DNA from: Candidatus Aminicenantes bacterium
Lineage (GTDB): Bacteria; Acidobacteriota; Aminicenantia; Aminicenantales; Saccharicenantaceae
DNA: 64,000 nt
Assembly: GCA_963796835.1 (NCBI GenBank)
Contig: CAWCND010000011.1
Coordinates: forward strand, 6,086-70,085
Direction of reading: 5' to 3'
Made by a program: the position numbers and the translations under genes. Shown here piece after piece: positions 1 to 10,930 of the stretch. Within the stretch, counting starts at the first letter, position 1; every line of letters begins with the position of its first letter. Under the pieces are notes generated by a model. That model saw only the letters and a list, made by a program, of their open reading frames with translations, was not told where the DNA came from and did not search any database.

Positions 1-132
1 GAGATCTTGAATGGGAAAGGCTGGGGCCTGAATGCTGCCAGGCCGTCTGTCGAGATCGTCACGGACATCAGGAACGCCCTGCCGATCGGTCTGAAAGGGA
101 ACTGTCATCCCTTGGCTTGTCAAACCAAATAG
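1..132 (+). CDS. 3' end of Gfo/Idh/MocA oxidoreductase, WbpB/WlbA-like (partial)
   Basis: Frame 1 reads EILNGKGWGLNAARPSVEIVTDIRNALPIGLKGNCHPLACQTK*. This resembles WbpB C-termini, and the next gene is WbpD-like. Confidence 0.65.
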   Translation, partial: EILNGKGWGLNAARPSVEIVTDIRNALPIGLKGNCHPLACQTK

Positions 133-143
133 AAGAATGAGCC

Positions 144-722
144 ATGAGTTATTTTATCCATGAAAGCTCCTTCCTCGATGAGGATGTGATCATCGGGGAG
201 GGAACAAAAATCTGGTATTTTTGCCATATTCAGAGCGGGGCTCGGATCGGCAAGTATTGTGTTCTGGGACAAAACGTCAATGTCGGCAGTAATGTCGTGA
301 TCGGAAATCATGTAAAAATCCAAAACAATGTTTCCATTTATGAGGGCGTGACACTCGAGGACTATGTTTTTTGCGGGCCTTCCGTCGTATTCACAAATAT
401 CCTGGACCCTCGAAGCAAGTACCCTCAGGTGGGGTCTAAGTTCTATAAGAAGACAATTGTTCGTGAAGGGGCCTCGCTTGGAGCCAACAGCACGATCCTT
501 TGCGATCATAGCATCGGACGTTTCGCATTTGTCGGGGCAGGCGCTGTCGTCACGAAGGACGTTCCAGATTACGCCCTGGTCGTTGGAAATCCTGCTAGAC
601 TAAAAGGATGGGTCAGCGAGGCCGGCACGCGCCTTAAGTTTGATAATAAAGGAAGAGCGTTCTGTGAAAGAACGGGCTTATATTATAAATTAAAGAATAA
701 CCGTGTTATTCAGATGAAATGA
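144..722 (+). CDS. wbpD: Hexapeptide-repeat N-acetyltransferase, WbpD/WlbB-like (UDP-GlcNAc3NA acetyltransferase)
   Basis: Left-handed beta-helix repeats, KIQNNVSIYEGVTLEDYVFCGPSVVFTN, VVGNPAR. Confidence 0.85.
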   Translation: MSYFIHESSFLDEDVIIGEGTKIWYFCHIQSGARIGKYCVLGQNVNVGSNVVIGNHVKIQNNVSIYEGVTLEDYVFCGPSVVFTNILDPRSKYPQVGSKFYKKTIVREGASLGANSTILCDHSIGRFAFVGAGAVVTKDVPDYALVVGNPARLKGWVSEAGTRLKFDNKGRAFCERTGLYYKLKNNRVIQMK

Positions 723-745
723 GTTTTTTCAAAGGAAGATATTAA

Positions 746-982
746 ATGCTCAAACAGAAAAGAACACGTTCTTTGGCCGCGGCCTTTTTGTTCATGTTCC
801 TCTTCTCCGGCCAGCGTATCTTCGCTTACATCGACCCCGGAACCGGCAGCTATATGATCCAGATCGCCATCGCCTTCATGGTGGGCGCGCTCTTCTTTAT
901 CAAGGGCTTTTGGAAAAAGATAGCTGCTTTCCTCTCAAGAATTTTTTCCAAGAAAAAAAATGATAGCGGAAGCGCTCTCTAA
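746..982 (+). CDS. Small membrane protein with AYIDPGTGS motif
   Basis: Signal-like segment, YIDPGTGS motif, hydrophobic helix and basic tail; overlaps the start of the next gene. Confidence 0.75.
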   Translation: MLKQKRTRSLAAAFLFMFLFSGQRIFAYIDPGTGSYMIQIAIAFMVGALFFIKGFWKKIAAFLSRIFSKKKNDSGSAL

Positions 983-2349
983 AAAAACTCTGCCCGGATC
1001 TTTCCGCGACCCCAGCGGCTTCATCTTCCGAAGCGACGGAATTCTCTATCGACAGATCCAGAAAAGCTATAAAGAGCACTATGACCATCTGATGGCCTCG
1101 GGCCTCTACGAGAATCTTGCCAAAGCCGGACTTCTCATTCCGCACGAGGAAGCCGGGCTCCGGGGTGATGATTCGGCGGACTTCTATAAAACCATACGAC
1201 CTGAAGCCATCCCGTTCATCTCTTACCCATATGAATGGAGTTTCAGCCAGCTCAAGGATGCTGCCCTGGCGACTTTGGAGATCCAAAAGCGGGCCCTTCA
1301 GCATGGCATGTCGCTTGTGGATTCCAGTGCTTATAATATTCAATACTTGCGAGGACGGCCGGTTCTTATCGACACACTTTCCTTCCGGAAATATGTCGAA
1401 GGAGAGCCCTGGACGGCTTATAGACAGTTCTGCCAGCATTTCCTCGCCCCGCTTGCATTGATGAGCATGAAGGACATACGCCTGGGCCAACTCAGCCGTA
1501 TCTATATTGACGGGGTCCCTCTAGATCTTGCGAGCGGCCTCCTGCCCTCGAAATCAAAGCTCAAATTTCCGCTTCTCCTTCATCTCCACCTTCATGCTAA
1601 GAGCCAGAAACGATATGCGGATCGGAGCGTGAACATCAAGAACAGGAAGGTCAGTTGCCAAGCATTTCTTGGCCTTATCGATTCGCTTGAGTCTGCCATA
1701 GCGCATTTCTCCTGGAAACCCGGGGGAACGGAGTGGGCCGACTATTATCAGGACACGAACTATACGGCGGCTGGATTAGAGCATAAATCTCAGCTCGTTG
1801 GCGAATACTTAAAAGAAGCACAACCCCGGCTGCTTTGGGATCTGGGCGCGAATGACGGCCATTTCAGCCGGATCGGCGGCCGGATGGGAGCGCTGACGAT
1901 CTCCTTTGATATCGACCCGGCGTGCGTTGAACGGAATTATCTTCAGTGCAAGCACGAGAAGGACATAAATCTCCTCCCCCTTCTTTCAGACCTGACCAAT
2001 CCCAGCCCGAGCATAGGATGGGAGAACGAGGAGAGGATGTCCATCTTTGAACGAGGCCCTGCGGACGCGGCCATGGCTTTGGCCCTCATCCACCACCTCT
2101 GCATCTCTAATAATGTCCCTTTCGTTAAGGCCGCCGTATTTTTCAACCGCATCACCCGCTTCCTAATAATCGAATTCGTGCCCAAGGATGACAGCCAGGT
2201 CCGGCGGCTTCTTGCAACGCGGGAGGACATATTCCCGCATTATGACCGAGGCGACGTTCGAGAAGACCTTCGGCGAGCTCTTTCACCTGAGGCGTTCTGA
2301 GGCCATCCGGGATTCTCAAAGAACCCTTTATTTGATGGAAAAGAAGTAA
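960..2349 (+). CDS. NoeA-like kinase-fold/class I SAM methyltransferase protein (frameshift near 2250)
   Basis: SFRDPSGF, DSSAYNIQ...IDTLSF, LWDLGANDG, ALALIHH. The C-terminus continues in another frame to TAA at 2347-2349. Confidence 0.8.
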
Positions 2350-2506
2350 GCTGATCAAACGGCACGAGTCTGGTAAAGACTCGCGGGAAGTCTCGGCCAA
2401 ACGTTGATAATTCTTGGCGCATCTCGTGCTTGATTAATCCGATTATTTCGAAGAAAATTGGCCGGCAGAAAAAAGGCAACTAACGATGCGCCGCCAAAGG
2501 GAATAC

Positions 2507-3919
2507 ATGACAAATAACGTAAAAATTATTAACCCCAGGATTTTTTTCGATCTGATTCTGGCCGGTATGCTGATTAGCCTCTCCCCTACGGCCTCTCTCT
2601 CCTCGCCTTCCGGATCCGTTTCAGCCGCAAGCATCTGTCTCTGCGCTGCCGAAACGCCCCAGGAGCGCGACGCGCGCCTCGCCTGGTGGCGCGAGGCTCG
2701 CTTCGGCATGTTCATCCACTGGGGGCCGGTCACTCTCAAGGGCACGGAGATCGGCTGGTCGCGCGGGGCCGAGGTCCCGGTTGCCGAATACGACCAGCTC
2801 TACAAGAAGTTCAACCCGACGCTCTTCGACGCCGAGGCCTGGGTCCAGCGTCGCCAAGCAGGCCGGCATGAAATACATCGTCATCACCTCCAAGCACCAC
2901 GACGGGTTCTGCATCTGGGACACGAAGCTCACCGATTACAACATCATGAACACGCCGTTCCACCGCGACATCCTCAAAGAGCTCTCCGCGGCCTGCCGGA
3001 AGCAGGGCATCGTCTTCAGCACCTATCACTCGATCCTCGACTGGCATCATCCGGACTACCCGCTCGGCAGCCCGGGCGGCAAGACCGAGAAGCCCGGGGC
3101 CAACATGGACCGCTACGTCGCCTACCTCAAGGGGCAATTGGCCGAGATCATCAAGAATTACGGGCCCGTGGGCATCATGTGGTTCGACGGCCAGTGGGAG
3201 AAGCCCTGGAATCCGGACCGCGGCCAGGACCTCTACGACTATGTCCGCGGGCTCCAGCCGTCGATCATCATCAACAACCGGGTCGGCGTCGGCCCGGCCG
3301 GGGAAGGACGGCTCGATCACCACGGAGACCGCCGGCGGCGACTACGACACCCCCGAGCAGGAGATCGGAAAGTTCCAGAACCAGAGGCCCTGGGAATCGT
3401 GCATCACGATCTGCGAGCAGTGGTCCTGGAAGCCCAGACGACAAGCTGAAATCGCTCAAGGAATGCCTCCAGACGCTCATCCGGTGCGCGGGCGGCGACG
3501 GCAACCTCCTCCTCAACGTCGGCCCCATGCCGGACGGCCGGATCGAGCCGCGCCAGGTCGACCGGCTCAAGGAGATCGGGCAATGGCTGGGCGCGCACGG
3601 GCAAACGATCTACGGGACGCGGGGCGGGCCGTTCAAGCCGGGCGCGTGGGGAGCGAGCACTTATAGGGGGAATTCGGTCTACGTCCACGTTTTCGAGTGG
3701 CCCGAGGGAGGGCTCGTCCTGCCGCCGGTCGGGAAAAAAATCGTGTCCTGGAAAGCGCTGACGGGCGGCCAGGCCGAGGTCAGGCAGGACTCCCTCGGCA
3801 TCCGCATCAACGTGGCGAAGGAATACAGGAAAGATATCGATACGCTGATCGAACTCAAGTTGGACGGGCCCGCGTCTGAAATTTCGCCTGTGGTGGTTGG
3901 CTCCTCAACTAAGAAGTGA
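2507..3919 (+). CDS. Alpha-L-fucosidase, GH29 (two compensating frameshifts)
   Basis: WWREARFGMFIHWG, TSKHHDGF, WFDG, INNR, WESC and GNLLLNVGP are spread over three frames. Confidence 0.9.
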   Translation: MTNNVKIINPRIFFDLILAGMLISLSPTASLSSPSGSVSAASICLCAAETPQERDARLAWWREARFGMFIHWGPVTLKGTEIGWSRGAEVPVAEYDQLYKKFNPTLFDAEAWVQRRQAGRHEIHRHHLQAPRRVLHLGHEAHRLQHHEHAVPPRHPQRALRGLPEAGHRLQHLSLDPRLASSGLPARQPGRQDREARGQHGPLRRLPQGAIGRDHQELRARGHHVVRRPVGEALESGPRPGPLRLCPRAPAVDHHQQPGRRRPGRGRTARSPRRPPAATTTPPSRRSESSRTRGPGNRASRSASSGPGSPDDKLKSLKECLQTLIRCAGGDGNLLLNVGPMPDGRIEPRQVDRLKEIGQWLGAHGQTIYGTRGGPFKPGAWGASTYRGNSVYVHVFEWPEGGLVLPPVGKKIVSWKALTGGQAEVRQDSLGIRINVAKEYRKDIDTLIELKLDGPASEISPVVVGSSTKK

Positions 3920-3963
3920 AATTCGTGGGACACGTACCACGAGGAAATTCTGGGGACACGTCC
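3919..3963. repeat. Tandem pair of REP-like AAATTCxxGGGACACGT units
   Basis: aaattcgtgggacacgtac at 3919 and aaattctggggacacgtcc at 3945. Confidence 0.55.
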
Positions 3964-4004
3964 ACTCAAATCAAGAGAATTTTACATGCAATTTCTCCCG
4001 AATT

Positions 4005-5024
4005 TCAGGACGGCAGATAAGCCGTGTGGGCGCGGCCGCTGAAGTCCGCGACGGCCTTATAAAACGCCTCGAGGTTCGCCAGCGGCGTCCCCGGCGGGAT
4101 GTCGCACCCGGACGAAATGAAATAATTCTTGTGGTCCTTGGTCGCCTCGAGGAGCGCGAGCGTCGCGGTTCGTACGGACTCCGGCGTTCCGCCGCGGAAG
4201 ACGGCCGCCGGGTCGAGGTTCCCGCCCAGGATGACCCGGCCCGCCACCCGCTCGAGGGCCGCGACGATGTCCATCGGCGCCCCGAAGTGGTAGATCTCGG
4301 CGCCCGACTCGAGGACCTTGTTCAGATGGACGAGCTTGGCCCCGCAATTGTGGAGGATGACCGCGAAATCCCGGGTCTGGGCCTCCTCGACGATTCGCTT
4401 GACGAACGGCGCCGAGAAGCTGCCCAGTCCCGCCGGCGACAGCAGCCCGGCCGCGGGTTCTGCGACGACGACCCCTGTGATGCCCGTCTCCCTGAAGGCC
4501 CTGGCGTAGGCGATCTGGAATTTCACGACTTTCTCGAGGAGATCGAGGACGATCTCCGGATCGAGGGCCGTGGCTTCGAGAGCCTCGCTCACGCCGAAGA
4601 TCCGTCCGGCGAGCGAGAACGGTCCGATCATGCAGCCCAGGACCGGGGCGACGACGGTCTTCCTTACAACCGCGCCGCTTCGAGATGGACCGCCGTCCGG
4701 GCGTCGCCCGGCTTTGGGGCCGGAAGGGTTTTGAGGTCCCCGGGGCCCGTGACTTTCCGGCCGATCACAGTCGGGATCTCGCTCGTCCGACATCCGGATC
4801 TCGCAGCCGAACGCCTCGGATTCGGCGCTCAGGTCCATGGCCGTGAGCAGAACGGGAGTCCGGAGCCGCTCGTGGAGGGCCAGGACCGCAGCGGCCTGGG
4901 CCTGGGGGTCGGTGACGATGTCGCGGATGGTGCCGCCGGTGATCTCGAGGCCGGCGTAGACGCCGATGGGCATGGCCAAGCGGCCGGGCTGGCCCAGGAT
5001 CGATTGCGAAAACCGTGTCATCAT
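4005..5024 (-). CDS. Uroporphyrinogen decarboxylase / MtaA-CmuA family protein (internal compensating frameshifts)
   Basis: MDLSAESEAFGCEI, GPFSLAG, ILHNCG, LGGNLDP, ISSGCDIPPGTP. Confidence 0.85.
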   Translation of the reverse strand: MMTRFSQSILGQPGRLAMPIGVYAGLEITGGTIRDIVTDPQAQAAAVLALHERLRTPVLLTAMDLSAESEAFGCEIRMSDERDPDCDRPESHGPRGPQNPSGPKAGRRPDGGPSRSGAVVRKTVVAPVLGCMIGPFSLAGRIFGVSEALEATALDPEIVLDLLEKVVKFQIAYARAFRETGITGVVVAEPAAGLLSPAGLGSFSAPFVKRIVEEAQTRDFAVILHNCGAKLVHLNKVLESGAEIYHFGAPMDIVAALERVAGRVILGGNLDPAAVFRGGTPESVRTATLALLEATKDHKNYFISSGCDIPPGTPLANLEAFYKAVADFSGRAHTAYLPS

Positions 5025-5074
5025 GTCAGACCTCGCCAAAATAAATCAATCGCCGACTGCCTTATCCTACCGGG

Positions 5075-5173
5075 AATTTCAGTGACACACAATTGTGTTT
5101 TTCAATAGGACATTAATAATCCCGTCATCAATAGTTGTGTGGCACCGAATTAAATCACCGAATTATCCGAATT
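5075..5173. repeat. Inverted pair of REP-like GTGACACACAA units plus iterated CCGAATT
   Basis: aatttcagtgacacacaa at 5075 versus ttgtgtggcaccgaatt at 5135; ccgaatt occurs three times; a third unit lies at 14961. Confidence 0.55.
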
Positions 5174-5212
5174 AAGGTGAACTTTTCCCCCATATGGTCC
5201 GTATATAAGTGT

Positions 5213-7927
5213 GTGAAAATCTGCAAGAGTCCGGGCCGCTGCTTCGCAAGCATCCTGATCGTCAGTTTCGCTATCGCGGGACTCTTTCCGCTTGCCCTTC
5301 CGGCCAAGGACAAGGCGAAGCAAAACCAGAACCCTGCCCCGAAACCCCCCGCGCAGAGAGTCGTCCACGCGGTCCGGGCCCTCTCCCCCATCACAATCGA
5401 CGGCCGCCTGGAGGAAGACGTCTGGAAAGGCGAGGCCGCCGAAGGCTTCACCCAGACCGACCCTAAGGACGGCGCCCCGGCGACCGAGCGGACGAAAGTC
5501 TGGGTGGCCTACGACAATAAAGCCCTGTATGTGGCCGCGATGTGCTACGATTCCGAGCCCAAGAAGATCATAGCCCGTCTGGGCCGCCGGGACGACAAGA
5601 TGAATTCGGACTGGTTCACCTTCGCCGTCGATCCCTACAACGACAAGAGATCCGGTTATGTCTTCGCCGTCAATCCGGCCGGTTCGATCATCGACGGCAC
5701 GCTCTCGAACGATGTCAACGAGGACGATACCTGGGACGGGGTCTGGGAATCCAAGGCCGTCAAGACCTCGGAAGGCTGGTCCCTCGAAATGAAGATCCCG
5801 TTCAACCAGATCCGCTTCCCCAAAAAGGACGATTACGTCTGGGGCGTGAATTTCCGGCGCGTCATCATGCGGAAGAACGAGACCGTGAACTTCGTCTGGG
5901 TGCCCAAGAGCGACCAGGCCTACGTGTCGCGGTTTGCTCTCCTCGAGGGGATCAAGGGGATCAGCCCCGGCCGTCACGTCGAGTTCATGCCCTACGCCGT
6001 CGGCGATCTTGGGTTCCAGCCGGCCGAGGCCGGGAATCCCTTCCAAACCGGCCATCAAGCGTACGGCAAGGCCGGGTTCGACCTCAAGCTCGGGCTGAAG
6101 AGCAACCTGACCCTGGACACGACGGTCAACCCGGATTTCGGGCAGGTCGAGGTGGACCCCGCCGTCATCAACCTCACGGCCTTTGAAACCTATTATGATG
6201 AGAAGCGGCCGTTCTTCATCGAAGGGGCCTCGATCTTCAACGGCTTCGGCCAGGGCGGCTCGTACCTCAACGCCAACGTCAACTGGCCCCAGCCCAACTT
6301 CTTCTACAGCCGCCGCATCGGACGGGCGCCGGAGGGCACGGTCACCCAAGACGGATTTGTGGACTCCCCCGCCAGCACGAGCATCCTCGGCGCCGCCAAG
6401 GCCACGGGCAAACTGGGCGACTGGAACGTCGGTTTCATCGAAGCCCTCACGTCCCGCGAGTACGCCGAGATCGACAACGAAGGCGCGCGGTCAAGCGAAG
6501 AGGTCGAACCCTTTTCATCTTTCAGCGTCTTCCGCGCCCAGAAAGACATCAACCATGGATTTCAGGGCATCGGCCTGATAGCGACCGGAGTCGGGCGCGA
6601 CCTCAGGACCGAGGCTTTGAGCGGCATTCTCAATAAGAACGCTTTCAGCCTGGCCTTCGACGGCTGGACGTTCCTCGACAAGAACCGCGATTGGGTGATC
6701 AGCGGCTGGGCCGGCGGGACGCGGGTCGAAGGCACGGCCGACGACATTCTCCAGCTCCAGGAGTCGTCGCTCCACTACTACCAGCGGCCGGACGTGACCC
6801 ATGTCCACGTCGACCCCACGGCCACGTCACTCTCCGGTTGGGGCTCCCGCATGATTCTGGCCAAGCAGAACGGCAGCGTTCTCTTCCTCCTCCAGGCCGG
6901 GCGCCCTCTCGCCCGGCTTCGATCCGAACGACATCGGCTTCCAGAACTCCGGCTCCGACGTCGTCAATCTGACGGGCATCGTCGGGTACCAATGGACAAA
7001 GCCCGGGAAGATCTTCCAGAACGTCCTCCTCGCCGGGGGGGTTGCCCAGAATTACGACTTCGGCTGGAATAAAGTCGGGGAGGATGTGCTCGTGGCTTTC
7101 GATGGCACGCTGAGGAATTTTTGGCAATTCAACTCGACGTCCATATTCCTGCCCGCCACACTCAACAACCAGCTGACGCGCGGCGGTCCGATGGCCCTCA
7201 GCCCGTCCGGGTGGCAGGAACAACTCAACTTATCCACGGATATCCGCCGGCCCGTCGTTTTTAACGTTTCCTTGACGGCATAAGACCAGCCCAAGGATGG
7301 CCATCTCTGGAATACTGCAGGTGACCGCCACCTTCAAGCCGGCTCCCAATATCAGCCTCTCCATCGGACCCCAGTTCGCCTTTCAGACCACCAAGACCCA
7401 ATGGGTCGGCGCCTTCGCGGATCCCCTGATGACGGCGACATTCGGGAATCGCTATGTCTTCGGTCACCTCGACCAGAAAATCGTCTCGGCCGTGATCCGG
7501 ATGACATGGGCGTTCACGCCGAAGCTGTCGCTCCAAGCCTATCTGCAGCCCTTCATCGGCGTCGGCAAATACTCCCAGTTCAGAGGAGCTGGCGCGACCG
7601 CGCGCTTACGACTACAACCTTTACGGCGAAGGCGGGTCGACGATCAGCTACGCCGATGGAGATTACACGGTCGATCCCGACGGCAGCGGGCCGGTGCCGG
7701 CCTTCTCATTCGCCAATCCGGACTTCAACTGGAAGTCCTGCGCGGCACAGTCGTCCTGCGTTGGGAATACCTGCCCGGCTCACTGATCTATCTTCGTCTG
7801 GACGCAGAACCGCGCCGACTACGCCAACCCCGGCATCCTGCAGCTCGGGCGCGACCTGGGCTGCCTTTTGACCGCTCCCGGCCAGAACATTTTCCTCCTC
7901 AAAGTCTCCTACCGCTGGGACATGTGA
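5213..7927 (+). CDS. DUF5916 / CBM9-like domain secreted or outer-membrane protein (several frameshifts, one in-frame TAA)
   Basis: ITIDGRLEEDVW, WDGVWES, NPDFGQVEVD, EKRPFF, FYSRRIG; C-terminal VLRWEY...KVSYRWDM*. Confidence 0.85.
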
Positions 7928-7931
7928 GAGG

Positions 7932-9123
7932 TCAGCGCTTGCGGGTCATCTGCTGCCAGTTCTGGCTGGAGCTGAGGTTCGGGTTGAAGTTCGCGTTGTC
8001 GCTGAAGACGTAATCCGTCCCGTTCGTCCAGGCGTTGTCGTATCCCGTCGGGAGATCGATGTTCCGGTTGTTGACCGGGTCGACGTAGGTCTCGACGCCC
8101 CGCAAGCCCTGGATATACCCGTCGAACATCCGGTCCTCGGCCGCACTCCGGTTCTGGTAGGTCTGCCAGATGATGTCGTTGCATTCCTCGAGCGTCTTAT
8201 GGATCTGCTGGTAGCGGGCGAAGATGGCCTGCTGCTGGCGGAGCTTCTCGCGGGTGACGATGGCGCAAAGCCGGGTGTAGCTCACGTTCCAGACGGGGTT
8301 GTTGAAGCGGGAATAGATAGAGATCTGGAACAACCGGATCTTGGCGGGCATCTCGTCGGCCGGGGCCCGGAAGCTCTTGACGGAAGGGGTCCAACTGACG
8401 CTTTGGGCATACATCCCGGACATCGTCAGGGCATTGGTGATGAAATACGTGATGGTAGCCGTAAAATCCTCGACGATCCGGCGGCCGCCCTGGGTATACT
8501 CGACTTTGACGCGGGCGGCGTCGGCCCGGAGCTCATAGGGAGTCGTGGACGGCGAGATCTGGTGATACAAGTTGAGAGTCAGGGTATTCTCGTCCAAGGC
8601 TTGCTTGGCCGCGGCCGGAAGAGGCTGGGTCTCGAGGACCTTGAGGTCGCTCACGCCCTGCCGGGCCTGGGAGATGAAAACGCGCTGGAGGAAATCGATG
8701 GCGCCCATCGGCTGCATGATGCTGTAGCCCGACTGAGCGTAGGAATATCTGGATCGTCTGGTCCTGGCACCAGAACATGTTCAAGCGTGGGAACTCCTGG
8801 ATGACTGAGCCGCCGTCGGGGCTCGTCACGGTGTATATGACGAATGGCTCGGGCGGATTCTTGGCGAAATTCCAGGTAATGCCGCCGTTGAAGATCCAGT
8901 CCTTGGGGACAAGCATCCGGAAGGCCTCGAGGCCCAGCCCCTGCTGGTCCATGACGATCTGGTTGCGGAAGACGAGCGGTTGGCTTTGCGTCGGGCCGCC
9001 GCGGGGCGCGCCCGATTGGGGCGCGGGCTGCGGTTTCGTCGGGGGCGCTGTCTGCGGGAACGCGGGCGTTGAGCTGAAGATAGCGGTAACGCAGAAGATC
9101 AGAATAGCCGAAACGCGTTTCAT
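7932..9123 (-). CDS. Secreted hypothetical protein (frameshift near 8720-8750)
   Basis: Signal peptide MKRVSAILIFCV...; ORFs 8533-9138 and 7932-8717 join; C-terminal RGVETYVDP...NFNPN motif. Confidence 0.75.
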
Positions 9124-9212
9124 CAGACCCCTCCTCATTGGGCACCACTATAAATAAGGCAAACTATATGCAGCGATGGGACAGATTGTCAACGGAATGC
9201 CGAGCTCAGCCG

Positions 9213-9449
9213 TTATTTCGGGAGTTCGGTCGATTTAGAGCTCAGCAATAACCTTATCGAATGCAGCTGCATGACGATCGTGAAAAGGAGCCCGACCGCA
9301 GCGATCTCAATGAGTTTCAGGGGTGGATAACCGGGACCGGTCAAACTGTGGTTAAAGAAATTCAGGATCTTTTCGATGGCCGCAATTACCGCAACCGCAA
9401 ACGACCCGAAGAAAAAGACGCGCCGAACGACGATTTCCAAAGTTTTCAT
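9213..9449 (-). CDS. Small two-TM membrane protein
   Basis: 78 aa, two hydrophobic helices, AGGAGG ribosome-binding site upstream. Confidence 0.7.
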   Translation of the reverse strand: MKTLEIVVRRVFFFGSFAVAVIAAIEKILNFFNHSLTGPGYPPLKLIEIAAVGLLFTIVMQLHSIRLLLSSKSTELPK

Positions 9450-9585
9450 CGTGCCGACCTCCTGAGTTCCGGAATTTCAAAAGGGCAGCGTCCGAAAGAC
9501 AAGTCCTTGCGTCCCCGTGATCTGCTGCTCTTATTAAAAATATAGGTCGGGAAGGCCGTAAAGTCCAGTGGAATCAGTTTTTTAT

Positions 9586-9604
9586 TTTGGGGTCCGACCC
9601 CAAA
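9586..9604. repeat. Short perfect palindrome TTTGGGGTC-C-GACCCCAAA (REP-like)
   Basis: 9-bp perfect arms just downstream of the MFS stop codon. Confidence 0.45.
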
Positions 9605-9606
9605 GG

Positions 9607-10863
9607 TCAGGCCGGCCTTTCTAGGGCGGGGCGGAGCAGGTAGAACGCCCCGGCCAGGAGAAGCGTCATGGCGGCGCAGCCGAACCAGAGCGCGGTCCCC
9701 CCGAACCGGCTGTAGACGGCGGTCCCGGCCGGAGGCGCGATGATGAAAGCCAGCGAGAAGACGAAGCTGTTGATGCCCATGTAGCGCCCGCGCGTCGCGT
9801 CGGTGGCCCGGCCGGCGATGAGGGCCGTGACGAGAGGCATGCTCAGCATCTCGCCGAACGTCCAGACGGCCACCGTGAGCCCCGCGAACGCGAACCCCCG
9901 GCCGAGGGGCATGAGTCCCAGCCCGGCGCCGAGGAAGACGAACGAGATGTTGATCATCCGGGTCAGCGGGTATTTCCGGATCTTCTCCATCAGGACCATC
10001 TCGAGGACGACGATCATGACCGTATTCACCGCGAGGAGCTGGCCGATACGATTTTCGGCCAGGCCGTAAATGTCACGCATGTAGAGGGGGAAAGTCGTCA
10101 GGATCTGGATGAAGACGGAGCACCAGACGATGAAGAGGAGCATGAGGAGGAGGAAAGGGCCGTCGTGCCAGGGGGAACGGCCGGCGGTGCCGATCGCCTC
10201 GCTCGTCCCGGGTCCCGCGCTCCCCTCCGTGGCCGCGCCCGCAGGATTCTCGCCCTCCGCCACCTGGGGCTCTTTCCCCGAGCCCTTCCACATCAGGGCG
10301 AAGACGACGGCCGCCGCGATCGAGGTCAGCCCGTCCGCCCAGAAGAGGAGCCGGTAGTCACGAAGGGCCAACAGCCCGCCCACGGCCGGCCCGATGGTCA
10401 CGCCGAGATTATTGGCCAGCCGGTTGAGGGCGAAGCCTTTGACCTGGAGGTCCGGCGGGCAGATCCGCGCCATCGACGTGGCGTTCGCCGGATAGAGCGA
10501 GCCCGCGGCCACGGCGAAGAAAAAAAGCAATGGGAGAAGGGCTGAAGGCTGGCGCACCTGGCCGAGGGCGATGAGAAGGCCTCCGGCGAGAGCGAGGCCC
10601 GCCTTCTGGACCGTGATCGAGCCCAGCTTGTCGGCCAGCCAGCCGCCGCCGTAGGCTCCGACGAGCGAGCCGACCCCGTACAGGCTCAGCGCGCCGCCGG
10701 CCCGGACCGGGCTGAAGCCGAGCTTCCGGGTCAGGTAGAGGGTCAGGAAGAAGATGACCATCGACCCCGAGGAATTGACCAGGTTGACCGTGAACAGGAT
10801 CCAGGCCTTGCGCGGCAGGCCGCTATACGCCTGGCGGTAGGTGTCTCTGATCTTCCCGAGCAT
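9607..10863 (-). CDS. MFS transporter
   Basis: GGWLADKLG motif A, about 12 TM helices, RGRYMG. Confidence 0.9.
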   Translation of the reverse strand: MLGKIRDTYRQAYSGLPRKAWILFTVNLVNSSGSMVIFFLTLYLTRKLGFSPVRAGGALSLYGVGSLVGAYGGGWLADKLGSITVQKAGLALAGGLLIALGQVRQPSALLPLLFFFAVAAGSLYPANATSMARICPPDLQVKGFALNRLANNLGVTIGPAVGGLLALRDYRLLFWADGLTSIAAAVVFALMWKGSGKEPQVAEGENPAGAATEGSAGPGTSEAIGTAGRSPWHDGPFLLLMLLFIVWCSVFIQILTTFPLYMRDIYGLAENRIGQLLAVNTVMIVVLEMVLMEKIRKYPLTRMINISFVFLGAGLGLMPLGRGFAFAGLTVAVWTFGEMLSMPLVTALIAGRATDATRGRYMGINSFVFSLAFIIAPPAGTAVYSRFGGTALWFGCAAMTLLLAGAFYLLRPALERPA

Positions 10864-10930
10864 GGTCGTTAGAAGCGTATTACACCAAGACGGGTGGGAA
10901 GGTCAAAGAAAAAACGGGGCCGGAACGGGG

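Noticed and set aside
7281-7283. In-frame TAA in the DUF5916 gene as stop-codon readthrough
   Set aside because: TAA is not a Sec or Pyl codon, and the gene has several other errors nearby.
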